Positions 21,251 through 31,296 of a DNA stretch of 64,000 bases are shown in pieces. Position 1 is the stretch's first letter. Each line of letters starts with the position of its first letter. The stretch spans positions 928,001 to 992,000 of the forward strand of contig CAVRVY010000004.1 in the NCBI GenBank assembly GCA_963724765.1, in the 5' to 3' direction. This DNA is from an uncultured delta proteobacterium (lineage in GTDB: Bacteria > Desulfobacterota > Binatia > Binatales > Binataceae). Position numbers and translations under genes: made by a program. Below the pieces are notes generated by a model. That model was given only the letters and a program-made list of their open reading frames with translations, searched no databases and was not told where the DNA came from.

Positions 21251-21827
21251 AGATTGCGATTGTGGGTTGCCTCGAGGCCGCCATCAGCAGGTTTGGTCCT
21301 CAAGCTCGGCTCCCGAGTTAAGTCTTTAAGTCAGGGTCTCCAGACTTCGGCCCAAGCCAGCAGTTCCAGCGCTTCAGCAGCGGCTTCAGCGATTCAAATG
21401 ATGATCAAGGATCGTACGACTCAAGACCCGTGCCGCCAGGCACGCGTACTTTGGTCTCCTACAATTTGCTGCGACGGCCCACACCCGGCAGGTTGGGCAA
21501 TTGGATGCCGCCCGCGGCATCAATTTGTCGCGACCGGACTTCCGCGATCAGCCCGGCACTGTCGCATTCGCGCTGTGCGCCAGCGCGAAATGAACTTGAT
21601 GAAAATCCGTAGGCTTCGGGACCGCGCTTCCTGTGCTCCGCAGAACCACACGAAGAGGTATTGCCATGGTCTTGGCCTGGCACTCGATGTAAGCTGAGTG
21701 AGTCGGGATCGACATAGGAATCGAGGCCCAACTTGATCCAGCCCTACGGTGGCCCTTTCGCTCGCCTTTGACCACGTTCCGCTAGACCATCCGATTTTCT
21801 CATACGTAAGGCTTGCGGAGGTCCCGA

Positions 21828-22151
21828 ATGGGACTTTCTCGCTTTTGTACAGTCCGGTTCAGGTGGCTCGGCGCGATATTCTTCGCGCCTGCGATTGCGG
21901 CACCCGCCTCGGCGCAGGTAAGGATTGCGTTCGAGCGGCCGCAGGTAGCTTCTCGTATAACTATTCCTCTTCAACGACGTCCCGCAATACCCGAGAACCC
22001 GGCCCGCGTGGCAGGCAAGCCGTCAGCAGGCTCGGCCTCAGCAGGTCGCGCGCGCCAACAAACGCTAATTCCGTGCTGGCGCGATGCGTATCGCGCTGAA
22101 CACATCGTGAAAAGCCGTACCGATCATCGCGACGGTGTGGCTTTTCTTTAA
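21828..22151 (+). CDS. Hypothetical protein, possible signal peptide
   Basis: GGAGG RBS at 21817-21821; basic N-terminus, hydrophobic stretch, AAPASA-Q cleavage-like site. Confidence 0.4.
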   Translation: MGLSRFCTVRFRWLGAIFFAPAIAAPASAQVRIAFERPQVASRITIPLQRRPAIPENPARVAGKPSAGSASAGRARQQTLIPCWRDAYRAEHIVKSRTDHRDGVAFL

Positions 22152-22184
22152 GACAGAGATGGCTTGGAAAAGGACCTGGCTCCG

Positions 22185-22538
22185 ATGAAATGGAATCAGC
22201 TATTGAATCCGCCAAGGGGAGTGGCGAGTTTGAGTTTGCTCGCCGGCTACGTTGCAGGTGAGGCCTGTTCGCTCTACGCGATTTTCATCGCGCATACCAT
22301 GAACCCGGTGAGTTATCGTATGGTCGAGAATAATCTAAAGCTTCGGGCGATATATGGTAGATATCAGGAAATTTATAATCTGCATGGGCTGGCATTCACG
22401 CTGATAGCGTCATTCGCCGTGTTCGCGATGGCATGGTTTGCCGTAAGAGGAATCGCCTGGGCGATTAGCAGGCCGGAAGCAGGATTTAGCCGGCAGACTG
22501 CGCACCAACTTGCATGGGTTTCACAGAGGGATCGTTAA
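22185..22538 (+). CDS. Hypothetical membrane protein (2 TM)
   Basis: AAGGA RBS; two hydrophobic segments. Confidence 0.5.
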   Translation: MKWNQLLNPPRGVASLSLLAGYVAGEACSLYAIFIAHTMNPVSYRMVENNLKLRAIYGRYQEIYNLHGLAFTLIASFAVFAMAWFAVRGIAWAISRPEAGFSRQTAHQLAWVSQRDR

Positions 22539-22764
22539 AACGGCGGGGGCAAATCGTACCGCAACACTTGTTTGAGGAAAAAAAGGACGACGAGGTCCAG
22601 CCGTGCGCGCGGCGGTCCTCCGATGAAAGTTACGCGCGCGACAATTGACCCCGCAGAACGCTCCGCGTAGAGTCGCACGCCAGAAGTTGACAACCGTTGA
22701 GGCAGGCTGCCGGTGCCGATAGCGTACGGTGACCGCGGTTAGGATGCGTATGGCGCGACGCAAG

Positions 22765-23166
22765 ATGGTTGTGGCGTTTGCAAACTGCCCGCGTTGCGGT
22801 GCGACGACGCACATGCCGAACGCCCGCTTCTGTGGCCACTGCGGAGCGAGTCTCGCAGGGGGCGCGAGCAGCCTGCCAACCTGGCAGCGCTCAACCCCTG
22901 CGAAGTACAACCACGTCGCGATGAACCGAATCGCGTTATCGTGCCCGGAATGCGGCGAGCCGATGCGCTTCGGCTTCCGTAAGATTTGCCGGCGCTGCGG
23001 CGCGCGGCTGGTGATGGTGCCGCGCCTGTTTCATCCCAACCACGTGCGGGTTTACACCGCCGGACTGCGCGCGGCGCTGGCGGGGCTGGCGGTCGAGGTG
23101 TTCTGGTTTGCGGTCCTGATAGGCATCCTCGGGCTGATTGGTTTGAGTATGCACTCGGGAAAATAA
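22765..23166 (+). CDS. Double zinc-ribbon membrane protein
   Basis: CPRCG..FCGHCG and CPECG..ICRRCG motifs, C-terminal TM. Start uncertain. Confidence 0.6.
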   Translation: MVVAFANCPRCGATTHMPNARFCGHCGASLAGGASSLPTWQRSTPAKYNHVAMNRIALSCPECGEPMRFGFRKICRRCGARLVMVPRLFHPNHVRVYTAGLRAALAGLAVEVFWFAVLIGILGLIGLSMHSGK

Positions 23167-23355
23167 ACCGGGCGGCCATTTTCTGGAGCGAGGGTCTTCT
23201 CGTCAGCGGTTGGGCGCGCAGTTAAAGATCGCTGTCAACGAAGCCACACTGCCCGCCGTTGGCGAAAGGCGTCTCCGGCATACCGTCTTGACCCAAGAGT
23301 ACGCGGTTCCCACCATCGCGCTTCGAGACTATATTTGGTCCGAAGAGGCCCCCCA

Positions 23356-24240
23356 ATGGCTGACGCACCTGACCTTAACCGGCGTTACCTGACCGACGAA
23401 CAGATCGACGCGTACCGGCGCAACGGCTATGTGGCTCTCGCCGGCATCATCGACGCTCAGCGTATCGGTGAGCTGCGCGCTCTTACCGAGCGGTTCGTCG
23501 ACCGTTCGCGTGCGGTCAGCGCGAGCGACGGACTATTCGACCTCGATCCGCTGCATTCCGCGCAGACTCCGACGCTGCGCCGAATCAAGAATCCCGCTGA
23601 CAACGATCCGCTATATCGTTGGGTCGCCTTCGACTCGCCGATTCCCGACATCGTGGCCGAGTTAATCGGACCCGACGTAAAGTTCCATCACAGCAAGCTC
23701 AATCTCAAAGGCGGCCGAGTTGGAGCACCGGTCGAGTGGCATCAGGACGCCGCTTTTTACCCGCACTCCAACGATGACGTCCTCGCGGTAGGGCTGCTGC
23801 TCGACGATGCGACCGCCGAGAACGGATGCCTCGTGGTGCTGCCGGGAAGCCATCGCGAGGCGGTCCACGAGCATTACGACGAGGCCGGCCGCTTCGTCGG
23901 ACAAATGCGCGAAGAGGACATCCGCCGCTTCGACGGCCGCAAGGGCCAACTGCTCGAACTGCCCGCCGGCAGTATCCACATCCATCACTACCGGCTGATC
24001 CACTGGTCCGCGCCCAACACCTCGCCGGACGACCGCCGGCTGCTGATCAACGCTTACAGCGCGGCGGACGCGATGCCGCTCAGTGCCGACCCGACCAAAA
24101 CGCGATTTTTTGGCGCGATAGTTCGAGGCCGCGCGCCGCTTACCGCCCGGCGGACGGCGGGCGATATCCGCCTGCCTCCCGACTTCAGCAAGGGCTACAG
24201 CTCCATTTACGAGCTCCAGACCCAGGCCGCCGACGGTTAG
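23356..24240 (+). CDS. Phytanoyl-CoA dioxygenase (PhyH)-family Fe(II)/2OG oxygenase
   Basis: HHSKLNLK, WHQD (HxD), ENGCL..LPGSH, IHWSAPN.S...RR. Confidence 0.92.
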   Translation: MADAPDLNRRYLTDEQIDAYRRNGYVALAGIIDAQRIGELRALTERFVDRSRAVSASDGLFDLDPLHSAQTPTLRRIKNPADNDPLYRWVAFDSPIPDIVAELIGPDVKFHHSKLNLKGGRVGAPVEWHQDAAFYPHSNDDVLAVGLLLDDATAENGCLVVLPGSHREAVHEHYDEAGRFVGQMREEDIRRFDGRKGQLLELPAGSIHIHHYRLIHWSAPNTSPDDRRLLINAYSAADAMPLSADPTKTRFFGAIVRGRAPLTARRTAGDIRLPPDFSKGYSSIYELQTQAADG

Positions 24241-24308
24241 ACCGGGCGGCCGCAAGCGGTTTCTTTCTTATCGCGGCGCTCACCACACCTCGCGCCGGCT
24301 CGCTGAGC

Positions 24309-24872
24309 CTATTTGACCTTGGGCAGGTTAACGAACACGGCGGCCGCCACGACCGAAGTCCACAGCCCTTCGCGATCGCCGATCGCCGACTGCGTGACGT
24401 TACGCGTCGTGATGATCTTGTCCGAGACTTTCCAGATGTCCTTGCGCTCGTCGTAACTGGCGTTGGGATCGAAATCGACGCCCAGGATGGTGGCTAGCAT
24501 CGTGGCCGCGAGGTCCTCGGCATAGTCGCCGGCCTTCTGGTCGGTCTCGCCGAAACTTTTGTGCTCCGAGAGGTAGCCGTACTGATCCTTGTCCGCCGGG
24601 ATCGCAAGACCGACGGAGGAGGCCACCAGGCGATGGGGTTCATTGGTGGCGTTGTCGTACATTACGGCGTAAACAATCTGGCCGGGCTTCAGATGCTTAA
24701 GCCCCTCCTGGACCGGGATTACTTTACATCCGGGAGGAAAAATCGAACTCACCCGCACCAGATTGAACTCGGCAATGCGTGCGTCGCGTAGCGCAAGCTC
24801 GAATGAAGTGAGCTTCTCGCTATGCCGTCCCACGCCCTTGGTCAGAAAAATCGCGTCTCCGATCGGCCCCAT
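24309..24872 (-). CDS. pdaD: Pyruvoyl-dependent arginine decarboxylase
   Basis: [25 protein letters not shown] (SS autocleavage site), [22 protein letters not shown]. Confidence 0.9.
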   Translation of the reverse strand: MGPIGDAIFLTKGVGRHSEKLTSFELALRDARIAEFNLVRVSSIFPPGCKVIPVQEGLKHLKPGQIVYAVMYDNATNEPHRLVASSVGLAIPADKDQYGYLSEHKSFGETDQKAGDYAEDLAATMLATILGVDFDPNASYDERKDIWKVSDKIITTRNVTQSAIGDREGLWTSVVAAAVFVNLPKVK

Positions 24873-25155
24873 CTATTCCTCCCGCTTCGTGCAGCCCCAT
24901 CTCGCAAACCGCACTGTGCGCCAATATTAAAAGTGAGCTGGCGGCGAATCGTAACCGCGCGACCATGGCCGCAGCGTTACATCTGTGTTTCAAGCGGATG
25001 ATCGCGACGCCGCCACTTTGTGGATACATTGCGCCACGCGATCCCGCAACAGGGGCCGCCGATTCGGCTTCGCCATATCGGCAAATTTGCCGCCGCGAGG
25101 CGAAGTGTGGTACGCGGCGTTAGCTCGATCGCGATCTCTGAGGGAGGGCTCGGCG

Positions 25156-26607
25156 ATGATTTCGCTCAACGATTACACTTCGCACGATGCACTTGGATTG
25201 GCTGACCTGGTGGCGCGCAGGGAGGTGACGCCCGACGAACTCGCCGCCGCCGCGTTCGAGGCGGTGGCAAAGGTAAATCCCAGGATCAATGCGGTGCTGC
25301 ATACGCGCCCCAAGGAGCTGGCCGCCGAGATTCGCGCCGGCCTTCCGCGCGGCCCGTTCACCGGCGTCCCGTTCATGATCAAAGAGCTCGTCCTGCACGC
25401 CAGGGGGGTTCGCTGCGAGATGGGCTCGAAGCTCGTGAAGGGTTTCGTCCCCGAGGCGGATAATGAATTGATGGCGCGTTTTCGGCGCGCCGGCCTGATG
25501 CTCACCGGCACCACGCAGACGCCCGAGTTCGGCTACAACCCGACCACCGAGACCCGGGCCTTCGGCCCGGTACATAACCCGTGGGACCTCGGACGCAGCC
25601 CCGGCGGATCCAGTGGCGGCTCGGGAGCGGCGGTCGCGGCCGGTATCGTGCCGATCGCGCATGCCAACGACGGCGGCGGATCGATTCGGATCCCGGCCTC
25701 GTGCAACGGCCTGGTCGGGCTCAAGCCCTCGCGCGACCGCATCCCGTCGGGCCCCGACTACGGCGACCTGCTCTGCGGCCTGGCTTGCGAATTCGTGCTG
25801 ACCCGCAGCGTGCGCGACGCCGCCGCCATGCTCGACGCCGTGGCCGGCCCCGACCCGGGAGCGCCGGGCCATCCTGTGCCTCCGGCCCGCCCCTACCGCG
25901 AGCAAATCGGCACTCCCCCGGGCGGCCTGCGTATCGCATGGACCGCCACGCCGGCCTCAGGAGCCAAGGTCGATCCCGAATGCGAAAAAGCCGTGCATGA
26001 GACGGTGCGCCTGCTTGAAAGTCTCGGCCATACGCTGATCGAGGATCGCCCGCGCTACGATTGGGACGCGTTCCTCGAAAACGTGCACGTCATCTGGGCC
26101 GCCTTCGGCGTTATGTCCATCGATTTCGCCTCGGCTGTGAGCGGCCGCAAGCCGGGGCCCGACAACCTCGAGGCGGTGACGCTCGCCTGCTACGAGGATG
26201 GCAAGCGTTACTCGGCGGCGGATCTGCTCAATGCGATGGCGCACGGCAACCTGGTGTCGCGGCAGGTCGGCGCTTTTTTCGAGAACGTTGACATGCTGAT
26301 GACGCCGACTATCGCGCGCCTGCCCGCGCCGCTGGGCGAACTCGATCAGGATCGCAAAGGCATGACCGCAAGGGAGTGGACGCAGCAGGTCTTCTCCTAC
26401 GTGCCGTTCACGCCGCTCTTCAACACCACCGGTCAGCCGGCCATCTCGCTCCCGCTGCACTGGAGCACGGGCGGGCTTCCAGTCGGAGTGCAGATAGCCG
26501 GACGATTTGGTGATGAGGCGATGCTGCTCCGCCTGGCCGCGCAACTCGAACAGGCGCGTCCGTGGGCTGCAAAACGGCCGCCAGTGCACGCGGCAGCGGC
26601 AATCTGA
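25156..26607 (+). CDS. Amidase-signature family enzyme
   Basis: [44 protein letters not shown] before ATG 25156. Confidence 0.94.
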   Translation: MISLNDYTSHDALGLADLVARREVTPDELAAAAFEAVAKVNPRINAVLHTRPKELAAEIRAGLPRGPFTGVPFMIKELVLHARGVRCEMGSKLVKGFVPEADNELMARFRRAGLMLTGTTQTPEFGYNPTTETRAFGPVHNPWDLGRSPGGSSGGSGAAVAAGIVPIAHANDGGGSIRIPASCNGLVGLKPSRDRIPSGPDYGDLLCGLACEFVLTRSVRDAAAMLDAVAGPDPGAPGHPVPPARPYREQIGTPPGGLRIAWTATPASGAKVDPECEKAVHETVRLLESLGHTLIEDRPRYDWDAFLENVHVIWAAFGVMSIDFASAVSGRKPGPDNLEAVTLACYEDGKRYSAADLLNAMAHGNLVSRQVGAFFENVDMLMTPTIARLPAPLGELDQDRKGMTAREWTQQVFSYVPFTPLFNTTGQPAISLPLHWSTGGLPVGVQIAGRFGDEAMLLRLAAQLEQARPWAAKRPPVHAAAAI

Positions 26608-26620
26608 CAACCTCGCGAGG

Positions 26621-26653
26621 GGGGCTGCTGCCGCGACACGCGGCAGCAGCCCC
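26621..26653. terminator. Strong hairpin between convergent amidase and pcaB
   Basis: Perfect 15-bp stem GGGGCTGCTGCCGCG-ACA-CGCGGCAGCAGCCCC. No long U tract. Confidence 0.6.
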
Positions 26654-26665
26654 TGCATAAAATCG

Positions 26666-28021
26666 TCAGCCAAGGCGCGCGATTCGCGCGACCACGCGGT
26701 CGACGAATGCGCCCGCCGACCCCAGGTACGCTGCCGGATCGGTCAGGCGATCGATCTGTTCATCGCTAAGAAGCCGGCGCACCTCGGCGTCGTCGCGTAG
26801 CGCCTGCCCAAGGGTCTTGCCCTCGGCGATTGCGCGATCCGAAACGCGCTGGAGCGCGTGATGCGCCGCCGCACGGCCCATCACCGGCCCGAGCCCCGTG
26901 GACACCGCCTCGGCCATGATCAGTCCGCCGCCAAGCTCCAGGTTGCGGCGCATCCGCGCCGCATCGATCGTCATTCCGCCGGCAATCGTGAGCGCGTGCG
27001 CCATCGCGCCCGCGCAAAGCACGAAGCATTGCGGCAGCGCCAGTGCCTCGCTCTGCCACGGACCGGTTGCGCGCTCGTGATCCTGCGCCATCGCGGTCAG
27101 CATCAGGGGCACCAGCGCGTGCACGCCGCGCGCGGCCGCGATGATGTATTCGGCGGCGACCGGGTTGCGCTTTTGCGGCATCGTGCTCGAACCGCCGCGG
27201 CCCGGCGCGTGCGGCTCGAAAACTTCGGCCACCTCGGTCTGCATCAGGAGGGCCACGTCGAACGCGAACTTGGAGAGAGTGCCGCACACCAGTCCCAGCA
27301 GCGCAACGATTTCGCCCATGGTGTCGCGCGCGACATGCCAGGGCAAATCCGGCGTGCGCAGGCCAAGCTCGTGCGCGAGCGCCTCGGCCACCGCGATTCC
27401 ATTCGCGCCGAGCGCGGCGAGCGTTCCCGCGGCGCCTCCGAATTGCACCACCAGGCTGCGGCGCGCCACCTGATCGAGCCGTTCGACGTGAGCGGCGAGC
27501 GGTGATGCCCATGTCGCACACTTGAGCCCGAAGGTTATCGGCACCGCCTGCTGCAAGTGCGTGCGCCCGGCCATCGGCGTGTCGCGATATTCGCTCGCGC
27601 GACTGGCCAGCGCGCGGGCAAGCGCCATCAGGTCGCGGCGCAGATGTTCGAGCGCGGGGCGCACCTGGAGCACAAGCGCGGAGTCGAGAATATCCTGCGT
27701 GGTTGCTCCCAGATGGACGTAACGGGCGGCCTCTTCGCCCGCGGCGCGGCCAAGTTCGCTCACCAGCGCGGGGACCGGCACGCCGGTCTCACGCGTGCCC
27801 TCGGCGATACGCTCGATCCGCAGATTTTCGAGTCGCGCCGCCTTCGTAATCGCCTCGGCGACCTTCTGCGGCACCAGGCCGAGCCCGGCTTCGGCCCGCG
27901 CTAGCGCGGCCTCGACGTCGAGCATCAATTGAAGATAGGTCGCGTCGGCAAAGAGCGTGCGCATCTCGGCCGTTGCCCACAGCGATCCGAAAATTTCCGA
28001 GTCCGCCGGATGTACACTCAT
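26666..28021 (-). CDS. pcaB: 3-carboxy-cis,cis-muconate cycloisomerase
   Basis: Fumarase-superfamily signature GGSSTMPQKRNP, VHLGATTQDILD, QFGGAAGTL, HERATGPWQSE; directly downstream of pcaG. Confidence 0.9.
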   Translation of the reverse strand: MSVHPADSEIFGSLWATAEMRTLFADATYLQLMLDVEAALARAEAGLGLVPQKVAEAITKAARLENLRIERIAEGTRETGVPVPALVSELGRAAGEEAARYVHLGATTQDILDSALVLQVRPALEHLRRDLMALARALASRASEYRDTPMAGRTHLQQAVPITFGLKCATWASPLAAHVERLDQVARRSLVVQFGGAAGTLAALGANGIAVAEALAHELGLRTPDLPWHVARDTMGEIVALLGLVCGTLSKFAFDVALLMQTEVAEVFEPHAPGRGGSSTMPQKRNPVAAEYIIAAARGVHALVPLMLTAMAQDHERATGPWQSEALALPQCFVLCAGAMAHALTIAGGMTIDAARMRRNLELGGGLIMAEAVSTGLGPVMGRAAAHHALQRVSDRAIAEGKTLGQALRDDAEVRRLLSDEQIDRLTDPAAYLGSAGAFVDRVVARIARLG

Positions 28022-28054
28022 CGATTTTGCCTTCGAAACCGTAAGTGCATCGTC

Positions 28055-28669
28055 TCATACGTCCAGGAACACGGTCTCGTTGTCGCCCTGCAAAACGATA
28101 TCGAAGCGCACGACGCGCTCAGCCGCGCCGGCGTCCGCGACGCGCGCGATCAGCGTCGCCCGGCGTTCGGCAGGAAGCGCCCTCAGCAGAGGATCGGCCT
28201 CGTTGAGCGGCTCGTCAGGAAAATAGATCCGCGTCACCAGCCGCTTCAAAAGTCCGCGCGCGAAGACGGACACGTTGATGTGCGGCGCCTGCGCAACGGC
28301 GCCGCTGCCCGACACCGGTCCCGGCCCTGGCACGGGTCCTGGCTTGATCGTGCGCAGGCGGAAACGCCCGTCCGGGCCGGTGGCGACGCGGCCGAACCCG
28401 TGGAAATTGGAATCGAGCGGTCTTTCCTGCTGATCTTTTTCTTTTTTCTCAAAATCTTCAGGATGGTCATAGCGGCCGGCGGCGTTGGCCTGCCACACCT
28501 CGATCATCGCGTCGGTGACCGGCGCGCCGTCGCCGTCAAGCACGCGCCCGTCGATCGCAACGCGCTCACCAGCCGCGCCGCGCGCGGTCAGATCGTCCCA
28601 TCCTTCGTGCAGCAGCGCGCGGTGAAAAAACGGACCGATGGTTTGTGATGGCGTCACGCCGCGGGTCAT
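28055..28669 (-). CDS. pcaG: Protocatechuate 3,4-dioxygenase alpha subunit
   Basis: TPSQTIGPFF, EVWQANAAGRY, QAPHINVSVFARGLL, ETVFLDV. Confidence 0.95.
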   Translation of the reverse strand: MTRGVTPSQTIGPFFHRALLHEGWDDLTARGAAGERVAIDGRVLDGDGAPVTDAMIEVWQANAAGRYDHPEDFEKKEKDQQERPLDSNFHGFGRVATGPDGRFRLRTIKPGPVPGPGPVSGSGAVAQAPHINVSVFARGLLKRLVTRIYFPDEPLNEADPLLRALPAERRATLIARVADAGAAERVVRFDIVLQGDNETVFLDV

Positions 28670-29391
28670 CTCACGCCTCCACCGGAGTCGCGTTCATGAG
28701 GGATGGCATTGCGGCCGCGCAGCACGATGTCGAAGCGATAGCCCAGCGCACGCTCGGGTATGGTCGTCTCGATATCGAATGCACACACCAGGCGCTCGCG
28801 GGCCGCCGCGTCGGGCACGCTCAGGTAGATCGGATCGAGCTTGAGCAGCGGATCGCCGGGGAAATACATCTGCGTAATGAGCCGGGTCGCGAAGCCAGGG
28901 CCGAAGAGGCTGAAATGGATGTGCTGCGGGCGCCATGCGTTGAAGTGATTTTTCCACGGATAGGCGGCCGGCTTGATGGTGACGAAGCGGTAGACGCCGT
29001 CGGCGCCGCTTGCCACCCGGCCGACCCCGCAAAAATGCGGGTCGAGCGGCGCGTCGTGTTGATCGACGTCGTGCGCGTAGCGGCCGGCCGAGTTCGCCTG
29101 CCAGATCTCGACCAGCGCGTTGGACACCGGGCGGCCGTCCTCGTCGAGCACGCGCCCGGTCACGACGATGCGTTCGCCCAGCGCCTCGCCGCCGGCGAAG
29201 CGCGTGAGGTCGGCATCGCCGGCGGCCACCAACTCCGCGCCGAGACGAGGCCCCGTGATCTCGGAAAGCGTATGCGCGATCCGAATTGGCGGGCGCCTGG
29301 GCGCACGTTTGTGCGTACTCGTATAAGCGCTGTGGTCGTAAGGCGGATCGATTCCCTCCGCGATGCGCCGATAGGCCGGGAGCGTGCTCAT
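28666..29391 (-). CDS. pcaH: Protocatechuate 3,4-dioxygenase beta subunit
   Basis: TLSEITGP, EIWQANSAGRYAH, PAAYPW, WRPQHIHFS (iron ligands Tyr, Tyr, His, His), TQMYFPGDP. Confidence 0.96.
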   Translation of the reverse strand: MSTLPAYRRIAEGIDPPYDHSAYTSTHKRAPRRPPIRIAHTLSEITGPRLGAELVAAGDADLTRFAGGEALGERIVVTGRVLDEDGRPVSNALVEIWQANSAGRYAHDVDQHDAPLDPHFCGVGRVASGADGVYRFVTIKPAAYPWKNHFNAWRPQHIHFSLFGPGFATRLITQMYFPGDPLLKLDPIYLSVPDAAARERLVCAFDIETTIPERALGYRFDIVLRGRNAIPHERDSGGGVR

Positions 29392-29418
29392 GTTACTTAG
29401 CTCCTCCTTGGCTCCTCG

Positions 29419-31143
29419 TTACAGCGGACGGCAGATGAGGTTGAGCACGGCCTGGCGGTGCTCTTCGCGCACCGCGCGGAGGGCGCGTTCCAGCGCCGTC
29501 GGCAGTTCCCTCGGATCGCGTACCGCCTCGCCGTAACCGCCGTAGGCCTGCGCGAACATCTCGTACGCCGGCTGTATCCCAAAGCGCACGAACGGCATTT
29601 CACCGGTGCGCATCGACCATCCTTCCGGATGCACGTCCTGGACGGCGCGATGCACCGCACCCCATCCGCCGTTGTTCGCGATGATCGTCAAGATCGGCAG
29701 GCCTAGCGCTGCCGAGGCCAGATGGCACGCACTCGGCACGCTGAAGATGTAGCTGCCGTCACCGACTACCGCGACCACCGTCTTGTCCGGTGCGCCCAGC
29801 TTGGCGCCCAGCGCCGCACCAACGCCCCATCCGAGATGACCCGCGGTGGAGTGGCCGAACTGTGCGCCGGGGCGGTCGAGCGTGATGTGGCGCAGGCTCA
29901 GATCGTACTCGTTGATGAAAACTGTCTGGTCGTCGCGCACGCGGTCCAGACAGTGGGCGAGCCATGGGAGCGTGACGTGCTCGTGCTTCGCGGCCGCCTC
30001 GATCTCCGCCTGCGCCGCCGCAATCAGGCGTCGATGCTGCTCGGCGATCCTCGCCGCGCGACCCTCGATCGCACCCTGATGGGCGGTGCGCATCGGGGCC
30101 AGCGCCTCGGTCAGCATCGGCAGCGCCACGGCTGAATCGGCTTGCAGCGCGAGATCGGACGGAAATCCCCAGATCGGGTAGCGATCGTAAATCGGGTTGA
30201 CACCGAGATGAACGATCTTCGCGCCGGCGCCGGGACTGCGCAGATGCGGAATCCACGGAACGTCGGTATCGATCACGACGATGAGATCGGCGTCGTCCAG
30301 GTAGGGCGCGGGATCATAGCCGAGATGCAGCGGATGATTGTTGGGAAAGTTGACATATGCGGGATTGGGATGCTCGACCACCGGCAGCGCGAACGACTCG
30401 GCTAGCGCGACCAGACTCGCGACCGCCGCCGTATTGCGCCCCAGCATGCGCGTGATGATGAGCGGCCGCTCGGCCGAGGCAATCAACCGCGCCATCGCGG
30501 CCAGCGCCTGGGGCGACGGCGCCGGCGGCATCACCGGCGCCTCGAGTCCCTTGGGCGAGTAGCTGAATTCGCGATGCGTCTCGGCCAGCACCTCGCGCGG
30601 CAGACTCAGATAGACCGGACCACGCGGCTCCGCCATCGCGACCGCAAACGCCCGGCGCATCACGGTCTCGAGTTGTGCGAAGTTGCGCAGTTCGTAATCC
30701 CACTTGACGAACTCGCGCACTATCGAGCCCTGGTCGAACGACTCCTGGCCCCAATGGATCAGCGTGTCGCGGCTGCCCGGCATCCCGGCCTCGGTAAGCG
30801 GCGTGCGGCCAGCGCACAGCAGCATCGGCACGTTGGAGCGAAACGCATTCATGAGCGCGCCGAGCGCGTTGGCCGTGCCGGGCGTGGTATGGACCATTGC
30901 CACTGCCGGCTCACCGGTGACCAGGTAGTAGCCGTGCGCCATGCTGACGGCGCAGCACTCGTGCGCGACCATCAGCGCGCGCGGCGCGGACTTGCCATCG
31001 ACGGTGCGCCTGGAAAACGCGTCGATGATCGAGGCGAAGTCCGTGCCTGCATTGCCGATCAGGTACCGCGCGCCCAGCGCCTCGAGCATTTCGAGGAAGG
31101 CCTGCGCGGTATTCTCGACCGCGACCGTCTTGCGTGTGCTCAT
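29419..31143 (-). CDS. Thiamine pyrophosphate-dependent enzyme (acetolactate synthase / benzoylformate decarboxylase-like)
   Basis: NAGTDF, HE..AVSMAHGY, GDGSY..N TPP-binding motif. Start ATG 31143. Confidence 0.9.
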   Translation of the reverse strand: MSTRKTVAVENTAQAFLEMLEALGARYLIGNAGTDFASIIDAFSRRTVDGKSAPRALMVAHECCAVSMAHGYYLVTGEPAVAMVHTTPGTANALGALMNAFRSNVPMLLCAGRTPLTEAGMPGSRDTLIHWGQESFDQGSIVREFVKWDYELRNFAQLETVMRRAFAVAMAEPRGPVYLSLPREVLAETHREFSYSPKGLEAPVMPPAPSPQALAAMARLIASAERPLIITRMLGRNTAAVASLVALAESFALPVVEHPNPAYVNFPNNHPLHLGYDPAPYLDDADLIVVIDTDVPWIPHLRSPGAGAKIVHLGVNPIYDRYPIWGFPSDLALQADSAVALPMLTEALAPMRTAHQGAIEGRAARIAEQHRRLIAAAQAEIEAAAKHEHVTLPWLAHCLDRVRDDQTVFINEYDLSLRHITLDRPGAQFGHSTAGHLGWGVGAALGAKLGAPDKTVVAVVGDGSYIFSVPSACHLASAALGLPILTIIANNGGWGAVHRAVQDVHPEGWSMRTGEMPFVRFGIQPAYEMFAQAYGGYGEAVRDPRELPTALERALRAVREEHRQAVLNLICRPL

Positions 31144-31296
31144 CGTGGGTCGCCTGCGTCCCCCGGTATTCGATAGCGCGTCCCGCGCCGGGAAAAAAGC
31201 ATACCCCGGCGCGGCCGTGCTTGCGACCATTGGCGGCCAGTAGCCTTCAATGCGATGTAGCTTTCGATGCGCATGGCTTTCGATAGAAAATGCGCT

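Noticed and set aside
22540-22730. c-di-GMP riboswitch-like GGCAAA segment
   Set aside because: The tetraloop/receptor and P2 elements could not be assembled by eye.
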